A DNA stretch of 64,000 bases from Eledone cirrhosa (GCA_964016885.1 OZ024740.1:306900001-306964000), one strand, 5' to 3'; positions 1 through 13,479 are shown, numbered from the stretch's first letter. Numbers and translations are program-made. Notes: generated by a model from the letters alone, not told the origin.

Positions 1-1845
1 CCATTTAACTTGCTGTGCACCTCGCCCAACTAACAAATACCTACATATTCTCAGTGTGTATTAAGCACATTCTCAATCTACATTCCCCACCACTGCAACA
101 CATCAGAATTTTTTTCACCCATATCAATTGAATCAACGTTTGATTTTTTTCTTTTGTAATTTCTGTTTAACTATTAACAACTTGTAAGGATTTAGCAGAA
201 TATATCTAAAAGTATGTTTGTTAATTCAAATGTTTATAGTATTTGTTGATGCTTTGTGAAATTTTACTGTAAACTAAAGTATAGACTTTAATATGATGAT
301 GTGATAGTGCTGTTTCATATGCTCTTCTATAGTTATAGTTGGATGAATGTCCATCTTAATGCTTTTGTTTTATCATTGGATTGGTTTAGAGATAGGGGTA
401 ATGCCCATAGTCTTTGCAGGCCCTCCCAGACTGGTGAGATTTTTGCTATTAATATTCTACTTAAACTGTTAGGGAATTCCAGAGGGACAACATTCTAAGA
501 AACAAGACATAATGGGTAATGCTGGGCTTGGGAGGCAGTAAGAAGTGGACACAATTTGAGTGATGAGAGCTAAGTTGGTACAAAACAAGCCAGCTCTAGT
601 AATAACAAAACAAATTTAAAACTATTCCATCAATACAAAACAATAAACATATAAAGCCATCTCAATTTTATGGCAGAGTGTAGGAATGTATGTACATAAA
701 ATGCAGAACCCTGGCCTATCTGAGAGGTCAGTAGCTCCAGTGACGACCTACCCAACCCTATTAACAGAGAAAGCAGGACTTAAATGATTCCATGTAACCC
801 CGCCCAGGAACACTAAAAAAATTAAAGGAATGTATCTAATTACTTTAATGCTTCATTTTATTTTAGAGGAGCTTTTTTTCCCCCAATGTACTACACATAT
901 ATATATATATATACATATAAACTGAACTGGGTATGAAATATAACTAGACAATCTGTGTCTATAAATAGTGTTATAAAAACTTCCTTTATTATAGTTTAGA
1001 TTGTAAAAACAATGTAGTAAAGGAGTTTCATTCTCCTAAAAAAACAAAACAAAACAGAAAATATTTATGATCATTTTAGTTAATAACAAAAGCAATGTAT
1101 GAAAGTCATATTATATACCCACTTGCAAAAATACTAGCGAGCTATTTTTGAATTGCTGTATTTTTGGTGATGATAAAAAAAATACTTTCCTCCTGTATGA
1201 AAGCGTGCGTGTGTGCCTGCATGCACACGTGTGTGAAAACTGAGTTGTTGCCAAAAAAATAATTCTTTTCTACTGCAAAAGTTTCATGCTATATTCATAG
1301 AATGTGATTCTTGTATTTGTAAGGGCACCATTAGGGATGTGATTCATTATCAGCTTGCTCTGAGGAAGTAATAGCAGCAGTAGCAACTATTTGAAATCAA
1401 GCTTTCTTTCTACTTATGGTGCAGGCTTTATTATTCATTATTATACAACCAGCCATGCCATACCTTACCATACATGTCAACATGTAAAGGGCAAACCTGC
1501 TGTAAATTCCAAATCAAACCATGGCATTATTTTCATTTGGACATAATAAAAATACACAACTTGAAGCTTAACAAAGAAGACTTTGGTCATGCTACATCAT
1601 TGAGAATAAGGGGAATTGCTAGAAATACTAACAAAATGGAAACTCATTATTGACAAGAGTGAAATTATCCAATAGAAATACTTGATAGTTTACAAGGGTA
1701 GGTTGAAAAGTTCATAGGCTGACTATGAAAGAGTGATGCTAAAGCTTTCATTTTTAACAAAAGGTTATAGAGACAATAAACCACAGTAAAACTTAACAAG
1801 ACTGCTACATATGAGGGTAGGTTGAAAAGTTCATAGGCTGATTAT

Positions 1846-2018
1846 AGTATCGGTAGAAGGCCTGATGCCATGCTTTGCAGCAAAGAGTTACGGCCCTTTA
1901 TGGTCCGAGTTCAAATCCCGCCGAGGTTAACTTTGCCTTTCATCCTTACGGGGTCGATAAAATAAAGTACCAGTAATACACTGGGATATTGCTGGCCTTA
2001 TGCCAAAAGTAGAAACAA
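1846..2018 (+). mobile_element. tRNA-derived SINE (family 1) inserted in the mariner
   Basis: B-box GTTCAAATCC, central GCCTTTCATCCTTACGGGGTCGATAAAATAAAGTACCAG and end CCAAAAGTAGAAACAATTA; near-identical to the copies at 8.8, 15.4 and 19.5 kb. The central segment resembles the MetaSINE-type domain (from memory). Confidence 0.9.
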
Positions 2019-2429
2019 TTAATTTCAACTCTTCTTATAAATAACTGAATTGTTTCTTTTCAGGTAAATTGACACCTGGCTGTTCAAAGAAGACTTCAAA
2101 TTGCCAATGGAAGAATTGCTGTTGGGCCCTTGTCAAGAGGGCTGGAATGTTTGGCTAAGTGCTACATCTCTTTACTTGCTAGAGTAACTCCATGTGATGT
2201 CTCCTTTTTGAGAGACAAGAGTCGAATGTGTGTAGAAGCTAGTTAATCCCTGATAATCTGCAAATAACTCCCTTATCCAGATCGGGAGATGCTAGATTTT
2301 GAAACAAAAGAAAATGAACAATGTGTTGCCCAGAGGTCAGTATATGTGGTCACACTGACCTGCTTTGCTAACATCAGAACAAGAGTTTTAATTACTGCTA
2401 TAGATCCACCTGGTTTTCTTGTAAGTTTC

Positions 2430-2945
2430 CTAATCGAGGATAAGTGCTGGGTTTATCACTTTGAGCCAGAGATAAAGAGACAATATATGTAGTGGAAACA
2501 CCTTACTTGCTCCAAAGAAGGCCAAGGTCATTTCATCGACAGAGAAGGTCATGGCCTCAGTTTTTTGGGATACAAAAGGCAGTGTTTATTGAGTATCTTC
2601 AAAAGGGCCACACCATCAATGGAGAGTATTATGCCAATTTGCTGAGGCATTTTCAAAAGACTATCAAAACCAAATATCCAGGAAAATTGACAAAAAGTGT
2701 CTTGTTTCACCAGGACAATGCTCCAGCACACAAATCCTTGGTTTCAATGACTGCTGTGTGTGTGACTGGCTTTGAACTGTGGATGATCACCCTCCCTATT
2801 CTCTTGATCTGTTCCCCAACATGAAAAAACACTTGGATGGGAACCAGTATCTCAGTGATGGTGATTTTTTTTTACCAACAGGACGAAAGCTTCTTCACTA
2901 ATGGACAGTGTGTGGACTGCAAAGGGGATTATGTTGAAAAATAAA
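2430..2945 (+). pseudogene. Mariner transposase DDD-domain relic (frameshifted, with stops)
   Basis: Mariner catalytic-domain motifs EDKCWVYHFEPEIKRQ and EYLQKGHTINGEYYANLL...SVLFHQDNAPAHKS are split across frames. Confidence 0.85.
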
Positions 2946-3190
2946 CCTCATTTGGTCACATACCATGAGAGTATCTTGTTCAGCCTATGAATCTTTCAGC
3001 CGACCCTTGTATTTATTACTACTTGAATTAGATCCTTTTAACTGTTTTATAGCTGACTAAGGCATATACAGAATAAAACAGAATCCAAAGAAAGTAGTGA
3101 TGTTCTATATTACAACTATTCAAACAGTGGTGTGTGTTTCATGCTGCAAGGAAGAAGGGAAGTCTAAGATTTCAGACATTTGCATTTCCT

Positions 3191-3211
3191 GGGGGGGGGG
3201 GGGGGGGGGGG

Positions 3212-3297
<86 letters not shown>
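3191..3297. repeat. Poly-G followed by (GA)n microsatellite
   Basis: Directly visible. Confidence 0.97.
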
Positions 3298-3302
<5 letters not shown>

Positions 3303-4036
3303 GATTGTATCACTAGGCTGAAGGAGAAGATGAAAGAAGAGGAAACATGCTGTTGAAAGGGAAATGTAGAGAGGAGGAAATTGTAGGGACAGGGAGGTCA
3401 AGATATAGGTCAGTAGGGAAGAGGCAAGGGACAAAAGAACATACCTGACAACCAATAATCTATAGATAACTTTCAAATTCAGGGGGTAGGGCTGGTGTTA
3501 CTAAGGCCCATTTTAGTGGCCAAAACATTCCCAGTAGTTTGTGGTTAGAACACAAAGGAAAAGAACCAATTAAAGGTAAAGAATTGTTTAGCTAGGCAGA
3601 ATGGGTTCACATATAGAGCAGAAGCAAAAAATGTTTAACTCTTAACATCCTGTACAATATTTGCCAGACATTCTTGAAATATACAAAATAACATCTTAAA
3701 AGTCAAAGCCTTTACTTTAGTTTACTGTCAATTTTCACAATGATATGTCCACTAGTAAAGATACTATCAACAGCTGAATTAACAAAACTGTTTTTCAGAG
3801 TTAAGGAGCAAGTGAAGAGGAAGTGAAGAGGAAGTGAGGGCCCAGGAGAGGATTGAGAAGGTTAAGGGTATGGTTGGCATCTTTGATAAGTGGGGGCAGT
3901 GTAATATGAGTTTATCAAGGTAATGAAAAAAAAACAAAACAAGCTGGTTTCTGCATCTTAGGGAGTCAAGAGATCAAAGGTGTACAAGGTGTGTTGATGG
4001 GAATGTGAGTGAGGGGCAGAAGAAGATATTGGTGAT

Positions 4037-4385
4037 TTAACCCTTTTGATACCGACCTGCCCAAAACCACCCCTGGTTTTAAGAAACAAAACCACCTATT
4101 TATATTAAAATCTTCCAATATAATTATGTAAGAATATGTTAAGTTTACTATCTTAGTAATAAATCAAATAATAATTGTTTCTACTTTAGGCACAAGGCCA
4201 ACAATTACCCAGTGCATTACTGGTACTTTATTTTATCGACCCCGTAAGGATGAAAGGCAAAGTCAACCTCGGCGGGATTTGAACTCAGATCGTAAATCAA
4301 ATAATAATTTTAGTTGATCACTCAAAATTCTTCATTAATTGAAATAGAGAGTATTTCATTAGAAATATGCTCACAAAAAGATTAA
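4037..4385. mobile_element. TTAA-flanked MITE (piggyBac-like non-autonomous) interrupted by a SINE
   Basis: Starts TTAACCCTTT and ends AAAAGATTAA (degenerate). The body is similar to 7750-7973, which ends AAAGGGTTAA. Confidence 0.6.
4177..4293 (-). mobile_element. 5'-truncated SINE family 1 copy with 16-bp TSD
   Basis: Reverse complement of the SINE body. TSD AAATCAAATAATAATT at 4161-4176 and 4294-4309. Confidence 0.92.
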
Positions 4386-4816
4386 TACTAAATACCAGTT
4401 GTTTTTGAAGAATGTGACTATAGCTGTCAAAAAATTTACTGAGTAAAGGTCCCCCCCCCAAAAAAAAAACCCCACAGTACCACTAGATCAATGTAGCTTT
4501 ACTGTCCCAAGTTAGGTGTCCATATGAGAGCAATGCTGCTTAAGCTTGGTGAAGTGACCTGTGACAATAAAAGTCTTCAATCCTGTTTGATAAAAGCACT
4601 TGATATCAATATGAATTAGACCAAGTGAAGCTAGCAGCTATACAGGTAAAAGCATGATTAAGGATATGAAGGCAGGGAAAACAGTTGGACCATCAGCGAT
4701 AGTTGCTCAGATGCTGAAACTATCTGATGAAGTGGGTCATGCACTAGACAATCATATGATCAATTAGGTAATATTGGCGATCATAGCTAACAATGGCAAG
4801 TACAGCAGTATCATAA

Positions 4817-6112
4817 TCTATAAATAAAGCTCAGTGTGTGGTCATGCTCCTTTCTTATAGAAATCTACGATATAGAATTTCTTCAATTGAAATTTACAAT
4901 TCAGTATTCGAAATAGTTTCGATTGCGTCTTGGCACATCTCACTTTTTCAATTTCACCCACAATTACGCAAAAAATAGATAAAACTCAATATTTTACGAT
5001 TTTTCTCTGTCATTTAAACTGCTAAACTCTTTCCACTACCATTCACAATCTATACAACTTCATACTTTCTGCTACTTTCTCTTTCCAAGCTTGATGGTGA
5101 TACTGTCCGTATTACTTTGTCATATCATCTGCTTTCCTCTATCTACAACCCACACATTTTGCTACTTTCTATACTTTTATACTTCAAATTATTACATTTC
5201 ATACAAAACGACAATTATTCAAAAGCAACAGATACATTTATTCAACAACAAGCGATAAATCTTTTTTAAAACCTCTTTTCCAAACACATACAAACACACA
5301 CACACTTCAACAACAACAACAACAACAACAACAATCTACCTTTTATAGATAATGATAAACAATAATATCCTCTATGAGGTCACTAAACCTGCTAGAAACA
5401 GCAGCTAACTCTCCCCCATACCACACCCCTCCCTACTGTCTTAAATTTAGAAAACATATCTTCTATGAGGTCACTAAACCTGTTAGAAACAGCAGCTAAC
5501 TCTCCCCCATATCACACCACTCCCTACTGTCTTAAATTTAGAAAACACATATCCTCTATGAGGTTACTAAACCTGCTAGAAACAGCAGCTAACTCTCCCC
5601 CATATCACACCCATACCTACTGTCTTAAATTTAGAAAACATATCTTCTATGAGGTCACTAAACCTGCTAGAAACAGCAGCTAACTCTCCTCCATATCACA
5701 CCACTCCCTACTGTCTTAAATTTAGAAAACACATATCCTCTATGAGGTCACTAAACCTGCTAGAAACAACAGCTAACTCTCCCTCATATCACAACCCTCC
5801 CTACCGTCTTAAATTTAGAAAACACACAGACAACCATGCAGAACAACTCCATCGCAGCTCTGTTGTTCGGCTGGCATCGTCTACGCGCGTGTTGCGCAAG
5901 TACTGTGAAACAATAAATTTCAACACTTTTTTGCACAGAGATAATATCCATAGGTGAAACTACAATTGTCACTGCTGGCGCAGCTCCTGCTTCCAGGTCT
6001 GCAATTCATTCACCCAGTGCCTGGCAGACAAAAAAGTGCTGCCATAAAATGGGTGGTGCAACCTAACTTTGGTAACTTAATGACCCCGAGCAACGCCGGG
6101 CTTTAATGCTAG
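4817..6112 (+). mobile_element. Non-autonomous Helitron
   Basis: 5' TC follows A4816. A 3' GC-rich hairpin CCCGAGCAACGCCGGG (6085-6100) is followed by CTAG (6109-6112) and then T. There is no TSD, and removing the element restores RTE sequence. Confidence 0.85.
5366..5823. repeat. Five-unit tandem repeat with alternating 91/93-bp periods
   Basis: CTATGAGG starts at 5372, 5463, 5556, 5647 and 5740. Confidence 0.95.
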
Positions 6113-7749
6113 TCATAAATAGAGCAAAGATGTTTTAGAGAAGCAAATATAGAGGTAATGAATTAAAAGATCAGGTTATGAAAGTTACTGAAAGAGTTAT
6201 GCTGTAACTGATTAGGGAGAGAGTCTAGATGGGAAGCAGTTTGGGTTTATACCAGAACAGGGTACCACTGATGTCCAGTTCTTAGTGAGTCAAGGTTAAG
6301 TATTGAGCTCTTTAACCTGAAGAATGCTTTCCAAAGGATTCCACAGTCTAGTTTAGTGGTTGCTAAGAAAATGAGTGACAGACAAATGGCTTGTGAGATC
6401 CATGCAAGCCATGTAAGACAGGTGTCATCAACAAAACGAGAGTTAATGAGTTTAGCAAGGAATTTAATGTGAAGGCTGGCTTACTTCTAATCATTGTTCC
6501 CAGCACGTAACTTTCATAGTTAAATCAGTCAAAGATTTAGGCAGGAAATTCCAAACTCAGTTGCAAAAATTAGAATTGAAAGACCATAAAGTAAACCTAA
6601 CAAACAGAAAAGTTTTAGTTAGCAGGAAAGGAGACAGGATCCTACTGCCATTAGGAAAATAGCAATGCTTCATATACAGAAAGGGAATAGATAAGAATTT
6701 CATACAGTGTATGTACCATTGTAAACTATGGACACAAACACACAAGCAGCGCTATAAGGTTACAGAAATAGGCTAGCAGAAGGTAGGTACTATATATGGC
6801 TGATTCATAGTAACAATAAGAATCATGATCATTTACCATCTATTTTTTCATGCTTGCAGGGGTTAGACATTATGAGATAAGTCAAGTCCAAGGACCATAT
6901 CTCGACCATACGGATCAGTAGTTTGGCTTGGTTTTTACAGTTGGATGCCCTTCCTAAATTCCTCCATGTTTCTGAATTCAGTCCCATTGAGCAGTAATTT
7001 GAGTAAGTGGAATTTGATAGGCAGAAACTGCAGGGGCCTGTCATGTATGTGTGTGTGTGGGGGGAGGGGGTGTCTGCTTACATTTGTAAATATTTACGTT
7101 TATGTTCTGTAACTTTGCAGTTCAACAAAGAAAAATAGATACTGGGGACAGTGCCTTGCCCCAGCATGGCCAGAGTCTAATGACTGAAACAAGCAAAAGA
7201 ATAAAATGTTTAGAAGGCTCCCTAGACATAGTTGACAAATTTTGTTATCCAGGTGAATGAAGTGGAAAAGTTCAGAGAGCTATTTACCTTGATTGGCAAT
7301 AAAGGGCTTCTTTCACAAAGCAGACTGTATTATACATATGAGTAGGCTATATGATACATATGTACAAAGTGTGATACTACATGGTAGCAGGACACAGGAT
7401 TTGAATGTAGAGGATTTGTTATAGTTGGAAATATATGAGACAAGCATGTCCCGCAGATGTGGAATGTTAGTGTGCATGAACAGTGGAACACAAGACAAGT
7501 GAACTGAGAGACAAACTTGACATAAGAGGAATCGGATGTCAGTTTTTAAGAGAACTATCCAGCATTCTGAGTGGATAAAACTTACAGATGAAACAAACCA
7601 ATGAAGAAGTGTATAGGTTGAACCTCCTGAAGGTAACAACAAAGGACTGCAACATGGACAAGTGCAGTACTGGAGGAGATAGATGGTGGTCGTGGAGACT
7701 GTGATGTACAATATCTACATTTGGGTCTCTCTCAACCATTATGTTGATA

Positions 7750-7973
7750 TTAAACCTTTAGTTACCAAACTGGCTCTGGTTCTCTGAAATAAATTAACCC
7801 AGCCATTTTAAAGGTTTCCCATTTATATTAAAATCTTCTAACAATTTTCTATAAGAACCTTATATATTTCATCTTACAAATGAAATAATTAATAATTTTA
7901 GTAAATTCCTCAAAATTCTTTGTTGATTAAAATAGAGTGTATTTCATTAGAAATACAGTCATGAAAGGGTTAA
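7750..7973. mobile_element. TTAA-flanked MITE, same family as 4037-4385
   Basis: TTAAACCTTT...AAAGGGTTAA ends and a shared internal AAATAGAGTGTATTTCATTAGAAA. A third partial copy lies at about 17510-17572. Confidence 0.65.
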
Positions 7974-8159
7974 GACTTCATTTACCATTATCTTCCTCTA
8001 ATCATTACTCTCAAATAATACTATAAACAGATGTTCAAACACACATATGCATGTGTATATATGCACACACACGTGTATGTGTGTATAGGCATATATGTGC
8101 AAATGTATCTATTTTGAAAAGCAAATGGTCATGAATCATGGGTAATGACTGAAAGAATA

Positions 8160-8450
8160 TGATTGTGAATACAAGCGGCTGAAATGGGGTTCCTCCAAAG
8201 GATCTTTGGAGTAACGTTACTCAATATAGCTCAGAGATCAGAGAGCTGCTCCAGGTAGAGTGGCTACTTCTCTGAATCGTGAGATCAAAGACTATGGGCA
8301 TGTGGTTAGAATGTCCCAGGAAAGAATCACTGGACAGATTTTACAGGCAAAACCAACCGACAAGAGACCCAGGCGTAGACCCTGAGCAAGTTGGTTGGAT
8401 TAACATCCATGAGCTCAGCTGGTCTTGTTTGAGGATCCAGCTGGTTCAGT
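8160..8450 (+). mobile_element. Decayed LINE 3' fragment (RTE-like C-terminus) of a second family
   Basis: IQAAEMGFLQRIFGVTLL-type relic; an inverted homolog lies at about 18380-18690. Confidence 0.6.
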
Positions 8451-8525
8451 TGCTTCTGACTGAGCTTTCATTTTTTTTATAATTTCAACAGTGTAAAGAA
8501 GATATCTGTTGGGAGTAAAAACAAT

Positions 8526-8568
<43 letters not shown>

Positions 8569-8751
8569 TAAGATTGGGAGATTACTAGTATATTCCCCAG
8601 TGGTAAGAGTTGTCTTAACTGACAATGGACATATCCATTGATTTTAGAGCAAAGATTATAAGCTCAAGAAGGTAACAGAAGAATAGCTAATACAAGCACA
8701 CATAAAAGTTTAGATGAAACATCACAAGAACAAGAGAGTAGTAAAGATAAT

Positions 8752-8936
8752 TGTTTCTACTTTTGGCACAAGGCCAGCAATTACCCAGTGTATTACTGGT
8801 ACTTTATTTTATCGACCCCGTAAGGATGAAAGGCAAAGTTAACCTTGGCGGGACTTGAACTCAGAATGGCAAGGGCCGTAACTCTATGCATCAAAGCATG
8901 GTGTCCGACCCTCTACCGATACTGCCAATCCACCAC
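8752..8936 (-). mobile_element. Near full-length SINE family 1 copy with 12-bp TSD
   Basis: TSD AGTAAAGATAAT at 8740-8751 and 8937-8948. Confidence 0.92.
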
Positions 8937-10320
8937 AGTAAAGATAATGCAAAGAAACTTGCAACATACAGGCAATAAACTGAAAGAAGATTCATAAATG
9001 CACAGACACTTCAAACAAAAGAAGAAAGGGCCACAGTGGCTGATTTAAATAGAACTAAAGAAGATGGGCAAACTGCTTAAAAACATAACACACTTGACGA
9101 ATTTCAAGGAGTAGGACTAAAAATTATATTCAAAAGATTAATGCTAAAAAGTTCAAAATGTGCAAAGTGGCGAATATTCAATTTATATTTCAAATTAAAA
9201 ATTAAGTAGAAAATTATTTACATATAAAAAAAAATGAGTAGTTTAAAATGTGAATGCAGAAAAAGTGGTCATTTATAGTGAGATTGAATTAACATAAAAA
9301 GATTGATATGTAGAATCTTTTCAGAAAATGTATTAGTAGGTTCATTTTCTTTAAGTGTTTTTAAATAATGGAATTTTGTCCTTATTCCACTGAATTAAAA
9401 ATTTTACAGCAAGTAAAAATTACTACCAACTACTAGTAGTGCCAATCTTTATTATATCATATTTAATAATACTTTTACACAGTATCTGCTCTATTTTGAA
9501 CCATGTTGCAGAGAAGGCAGCCTCTCCTGGTAGGCAGTAGCTCTGAATAAAGTTCTACATGGATGAGTAGTGAAGTCACAGTGATGGCAACTCATTTAAA
9601 GAGAAGCAACTTTAAATAAAACAAACTTTATTCCAGACAGACAATTTCTATAGTGCTACTAGCATGATAAAATGCACCTACTCCATGCCATAAAGTGGTT
9701 GGTGATAAGAGTGACACTCACAAATACAATGAAAACCCATAAATGAACATACAGGACTGACAATACTGGGTATAGTAGTAGGTTGCTTGGATGGAGATAT
9801 CCAGCAATGTGCAAGAACCTCTTCACCATGATCAAACAATCTAAGCTATATCCTCTCAGGTGGCTATATCCTGCTCATAAATTGTTTTGCTTTGGCTTCT
9901 ACAGCTAGATAATCTTCCTCATGCCAAAAACTTTACAGTGTGTACTGGAAGCATGTTAGTGCAGCACTAGTGCTACCACCATACATGGTAGACTGGGTAT
10001 CTTTTTATCATGATACCAGCACTATCACTTTACAATGTGGGCTGGATGTGTTAATCCCTTTACAAAGTGGGCTGGGTTTATTTGTGGCACAAGAACAGGT
10101 GCAAATTCTGCTGGGTGGTTTACAGTACTGAGTAGGTGGTGTAGGCATATTTTGGAGGTAGAGAAATAAATACATCGAGACAGGCAGAGTATTGACAAAA
10201 TAATTATGCTTAGACTAGTCCTGGACAGCAGGACAACATCAGTTATCACTGAGGTATTCTTGTAGAGGCACTCTGATAATGAACAGTAACTTCATAAGTA
10301 GAAAACATTATTACTCATCA

Positions 10321-10412
10321 AATCCTGCAGAGGTTAACTTTGCCTTTCATCCTTACGGGGTCGATAAAATAAAGTACCAGTAATTGCTGGCCTTGTGCCA
10401 AAAGTAGAAACA
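10321..10412 (+). mobile_element. 5'-truncated SINE family 1 copy with 14-bp TSD
   Basis: TSD ATTATTACTCATCA at 10307-10320 and 10413-10426. Confidence 0.9.
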
Positions 10413-11099
10413 ATTATTACTCATCATTCAATTTGGTGATGATCTAACAGTTGGATAATCCTTTACATATACAACCTCTCCCCTTCTCTAATAGGCAACC
10501 TACTGTATGGCAAGTCATCACTCCATCTACATACAGCCATTTCTATACTTAAATATTTTCTTATTCATAGCAAAACAACTAACATTTATGTGCTGTACAA
10601 AACATGGGAAATCGAGACAATTGTATTTTTCTATAGTATTAAAAATGGGGATTTACAATATATTATAATCGTTCTTGTTTCACCCCAGCAGTAATTATCC
10701 TACTATTTTGTATATCATGGACTAGATAGTGTAATGCATCTTTTTTTTTTTTTTAAGAGTGTAAGAGATTTGACCGTTATTTCTAGCAGTTCAAGTGACT
10801 GCTCCGAAACTGTCATTGATTACTGTAGAGAAGAGACTCCTTATTTGTTGGCTGGTTCTGATCCAGTATGCCAGTGAAAGAAAACATTCCAGCCAGGGAC
10901 TACATTTTCCAATGTTTCCTTTCCTTTAAGGCTATTGGGTGTGATAAGGGAGGTTATGCTGCTATTTCTAGTAGTTTAAGTAACTATTCAAAGGTAAGTA
11001 TCTACGAGGAATTAATGAATAGGAGGAAGAGAAACTACTCCCAACTTACCCAAAGGAAGGAACAGCTGTTGAATTTAATAGCTTTAGGGTCAAAGACGC

Positions 11100-12648
11100 A
11101 ATCAAGGAGATAAAAAATGGTAAAGCTGCAGGACCATCAGAAATAGTTGTTGAGATGCTGAAAGCGTTGGGAGAGGTAAGAGTCAAAATAGTAACCCATA
11201 TACTAAATCAACTAATATGTGACGGAGTCATAACCAATGACTGGTGCAGCAGTACAATCATAAATTGCTAGAAGGGCAAAGGTAATGCTCTAGAAAGGAG
11301 CAACTATAGAGGAATAAAACTAATGGATCAAGTTATGAAAGTGACTGAAAGAGTTATAGCACAGCTAATTAGGGAAAGAGTCAAAATAGATGAAATGCAG
11401 TTTGGTTTCATGCTGGGAAAAGTACCACAAATGCACTGCTTAGTCAGGCAACTACAAGAGAAGTTCCTAGCCCAAAATAAACTACTAGATTTTGTTGATC
11501 TAGAGAAAGCCTTTGACAGAGTACCCTGATCTATTATCTTGTGAGAGCAGTGCAAGCTATATACAGAGGAGCTGTCAGTAAAGTGAGAGTAGGAAATGAG
11601 TTTAACGAGGAATTCAAGGTATAGGTAGGAGTTCATCAAGGTTCAGTTTTTAGCCCATGCTGTTATCATAGTTCTTCAGGCCATAACAGAAGAGTTTAAA
11701 ACGGGCTGCCTATTGGAGCTTCTCTATGCAGATCATTTGGGCCTTATAGCTGAAACCAAAAAAGAGCTGGAAAATAAATTCCGATAATGGGAACTGAATT
11801 TGGAATCAAAAGGCCTGAGAGTAAACTTAGCCAAAACTAAAGTGCAAATGAGTAAGAGAGAAGACAGGACCCAGATTCCCCCCAGGGAAGTGGCCATGTT
11901 CAATATGCAGAAAAGGAGTAGGCATAAACTCCATACACTGTGCACAATGTAAATTTGGGGTACAGAAAAGATGTAGTGGAATAATAAGTAGACTAACAGG
12001 AAGGGAGAACTTTGCTTGTAGAAGATGCACAGGAGAAATCGAGAGTAAGACTGCTAATGATATAAACCTTTTCCAGTCACAGGAAGGATCCATAGACGTG
12101 GTTGATAGCTTCTACTACCTAGGTGGCCTAATTAGCAATGGAGGAGGGTGCGCCGAGAGTATAATAGCTAGAATAAGGATAGGATAGAAGAAGTTTAGGG
12201 AACTGCTCCCACTGCTCACAACAAAAGGTTTCCCTACGTACAAAAGGAAGGCTGTATGACACCCGTGTGTGATGCACAATGCTGCATGGTAGTGAAATAT
12301 GGGCTGTGACTGCAGATAAATGAAGCAACCATGTTTCGTTGGATGTGCAATGTAAACATGAGAGAAAAGCAGAGCTTGGATGAGCTGTGAGAGAAGCTGG
12401 GCTTAAAGGAAATCTGAGATGGTGAGCTGGAGAGAAGACTGCATTGGTATGGACATGTGATGTGCATGGACAATGACCAATGGGTGATGAAATGCCAGGA
12501 AATCCCGGTGGAAGGAAGCCATGGTAGAAGTAAACCAAGAAAGACCTGGTTAGAGGTTGTGAGAGCTGACCTCAAATTACTGAGACTTAGGCGATGACAA
12601 AGGACCCAACTCATGCAAGCGTGGAAAAGTAGACGTAATAACAATGAT
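11100..12648 (+). mobile_element. Decayed 5'-truncated RTE LINE, relative of the elements at 50-58 kb
   Basis: Relics GKAAGPSEIVVEMLK, MDQVMKVTERVIAQLIRER, DLEKAFDRVP and ELLYAD, plus a cysteine-rich insert relic. The 3' end CATGCAAGCGTGGAAAAGTAGACGT directly follows the ORF remnant. Confidence 0.9.
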
Positions 12649-13479
12649 TACACACACACAACATTTTGAAACCTAAAAATCAAGAGTGTGCATTATATAC
12701 AAGAACTAAATGTTTGGGACCATTTTAACAATGTTATATGGTACATGTACATACATATAACATTGTTGCAATGGTCATTATATTTCATAATTATGCCTAA
12801 ATTGGAAAAAATTCAAAAGTAAAATGTAAACTTGAAACTCGAAATGTATTTAATTTCTGTTCATATTGGCCATAGACTTAGTTTGTGTATGGTGCTGTTA
12901 CAAGAACATGGATTTCTTGAAAGTTTACTTGTGTTTCAATAACCACCATTATAACAGGAAATATCATGGAGTTATTCCCGTTATGACCATCCAGTAAAAG
13001 AAATATTTAAAATATATTTTGCTGATATGAATTAATTAAAAAGTTAAATTGACATTAGTACAAGGTCAACATAATGTATGTTCCAGGATATTGTGAACAA
13101 AACAGTAGATGGAGTGGTTAGAAATGTTTGTCACATTCTGAAAACTTAAAACACTGTGTTTCAATTTGTTAAGATTCTGATTTTCAAAAAACATCTAAGT
13201 TGGATTTTATTTATAAAATAATGTACAATACAAAAATAAATAAATAGAATTTTCAGATATTGAATATTTGATGTTCAAGACATAAAAGTCTGAAGACCAA
13301 TTTAAAAAACATGCATAGTAAAAAAGTAAGTAGGGGTTAAAATAAAATTTACCATTTAAACAGTATTTTGTTCTATGTGCACAAATTAAAATTAAGTTTA
13401 CACTTTTTATATCAATATTATCAATATAAAATTGCTTTTCTAGAAAAAAATCAAGATCGGTGTGCACAATATTGACTTT

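Larger units (their letters stand above)
1691..3011 (+). mobile_element. Decayed mariner (Tc1/mariner) DNA transposon with both TIRs
   Basis: The left TIR TACAAGGGTAGGTTGAAAAGTTCATAGGCTGA (1691-1722) matches the reverse complement of 2980-3011 (TACAAGGGTCGGCTGAAAGATTCATAGGCTGA), with TA ends. An extra TIR copy lies at 1810-1841, and there is an internal transposase relic. Confidence 0.9.
4650..7720 (+). mobile_element. Highly decayed RTE LINE (fragments 4650-4816, 6113-6500, about 7200-7720) split by later insertions
   Basis: Relics align by eye to the intact RTE ORF at 50-53 kb: KDMKAGK.VGPSAIVAQMLK, DQVMKVTERV and WKKFREL...KGF-like DNA. Confidence 0.75.

Noticed and set aside
3097-3476. 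ORFs with ER/SL repeats
   Set aside because: Products of the poly-G and (GA)n tract.
5366-5957. ORFs MRSLNLLETAANSPPYH and a CRISPR-like appearance
   Set aside because: Whole-unit tandem repeats inside a Helitron, with no spacer diversity.
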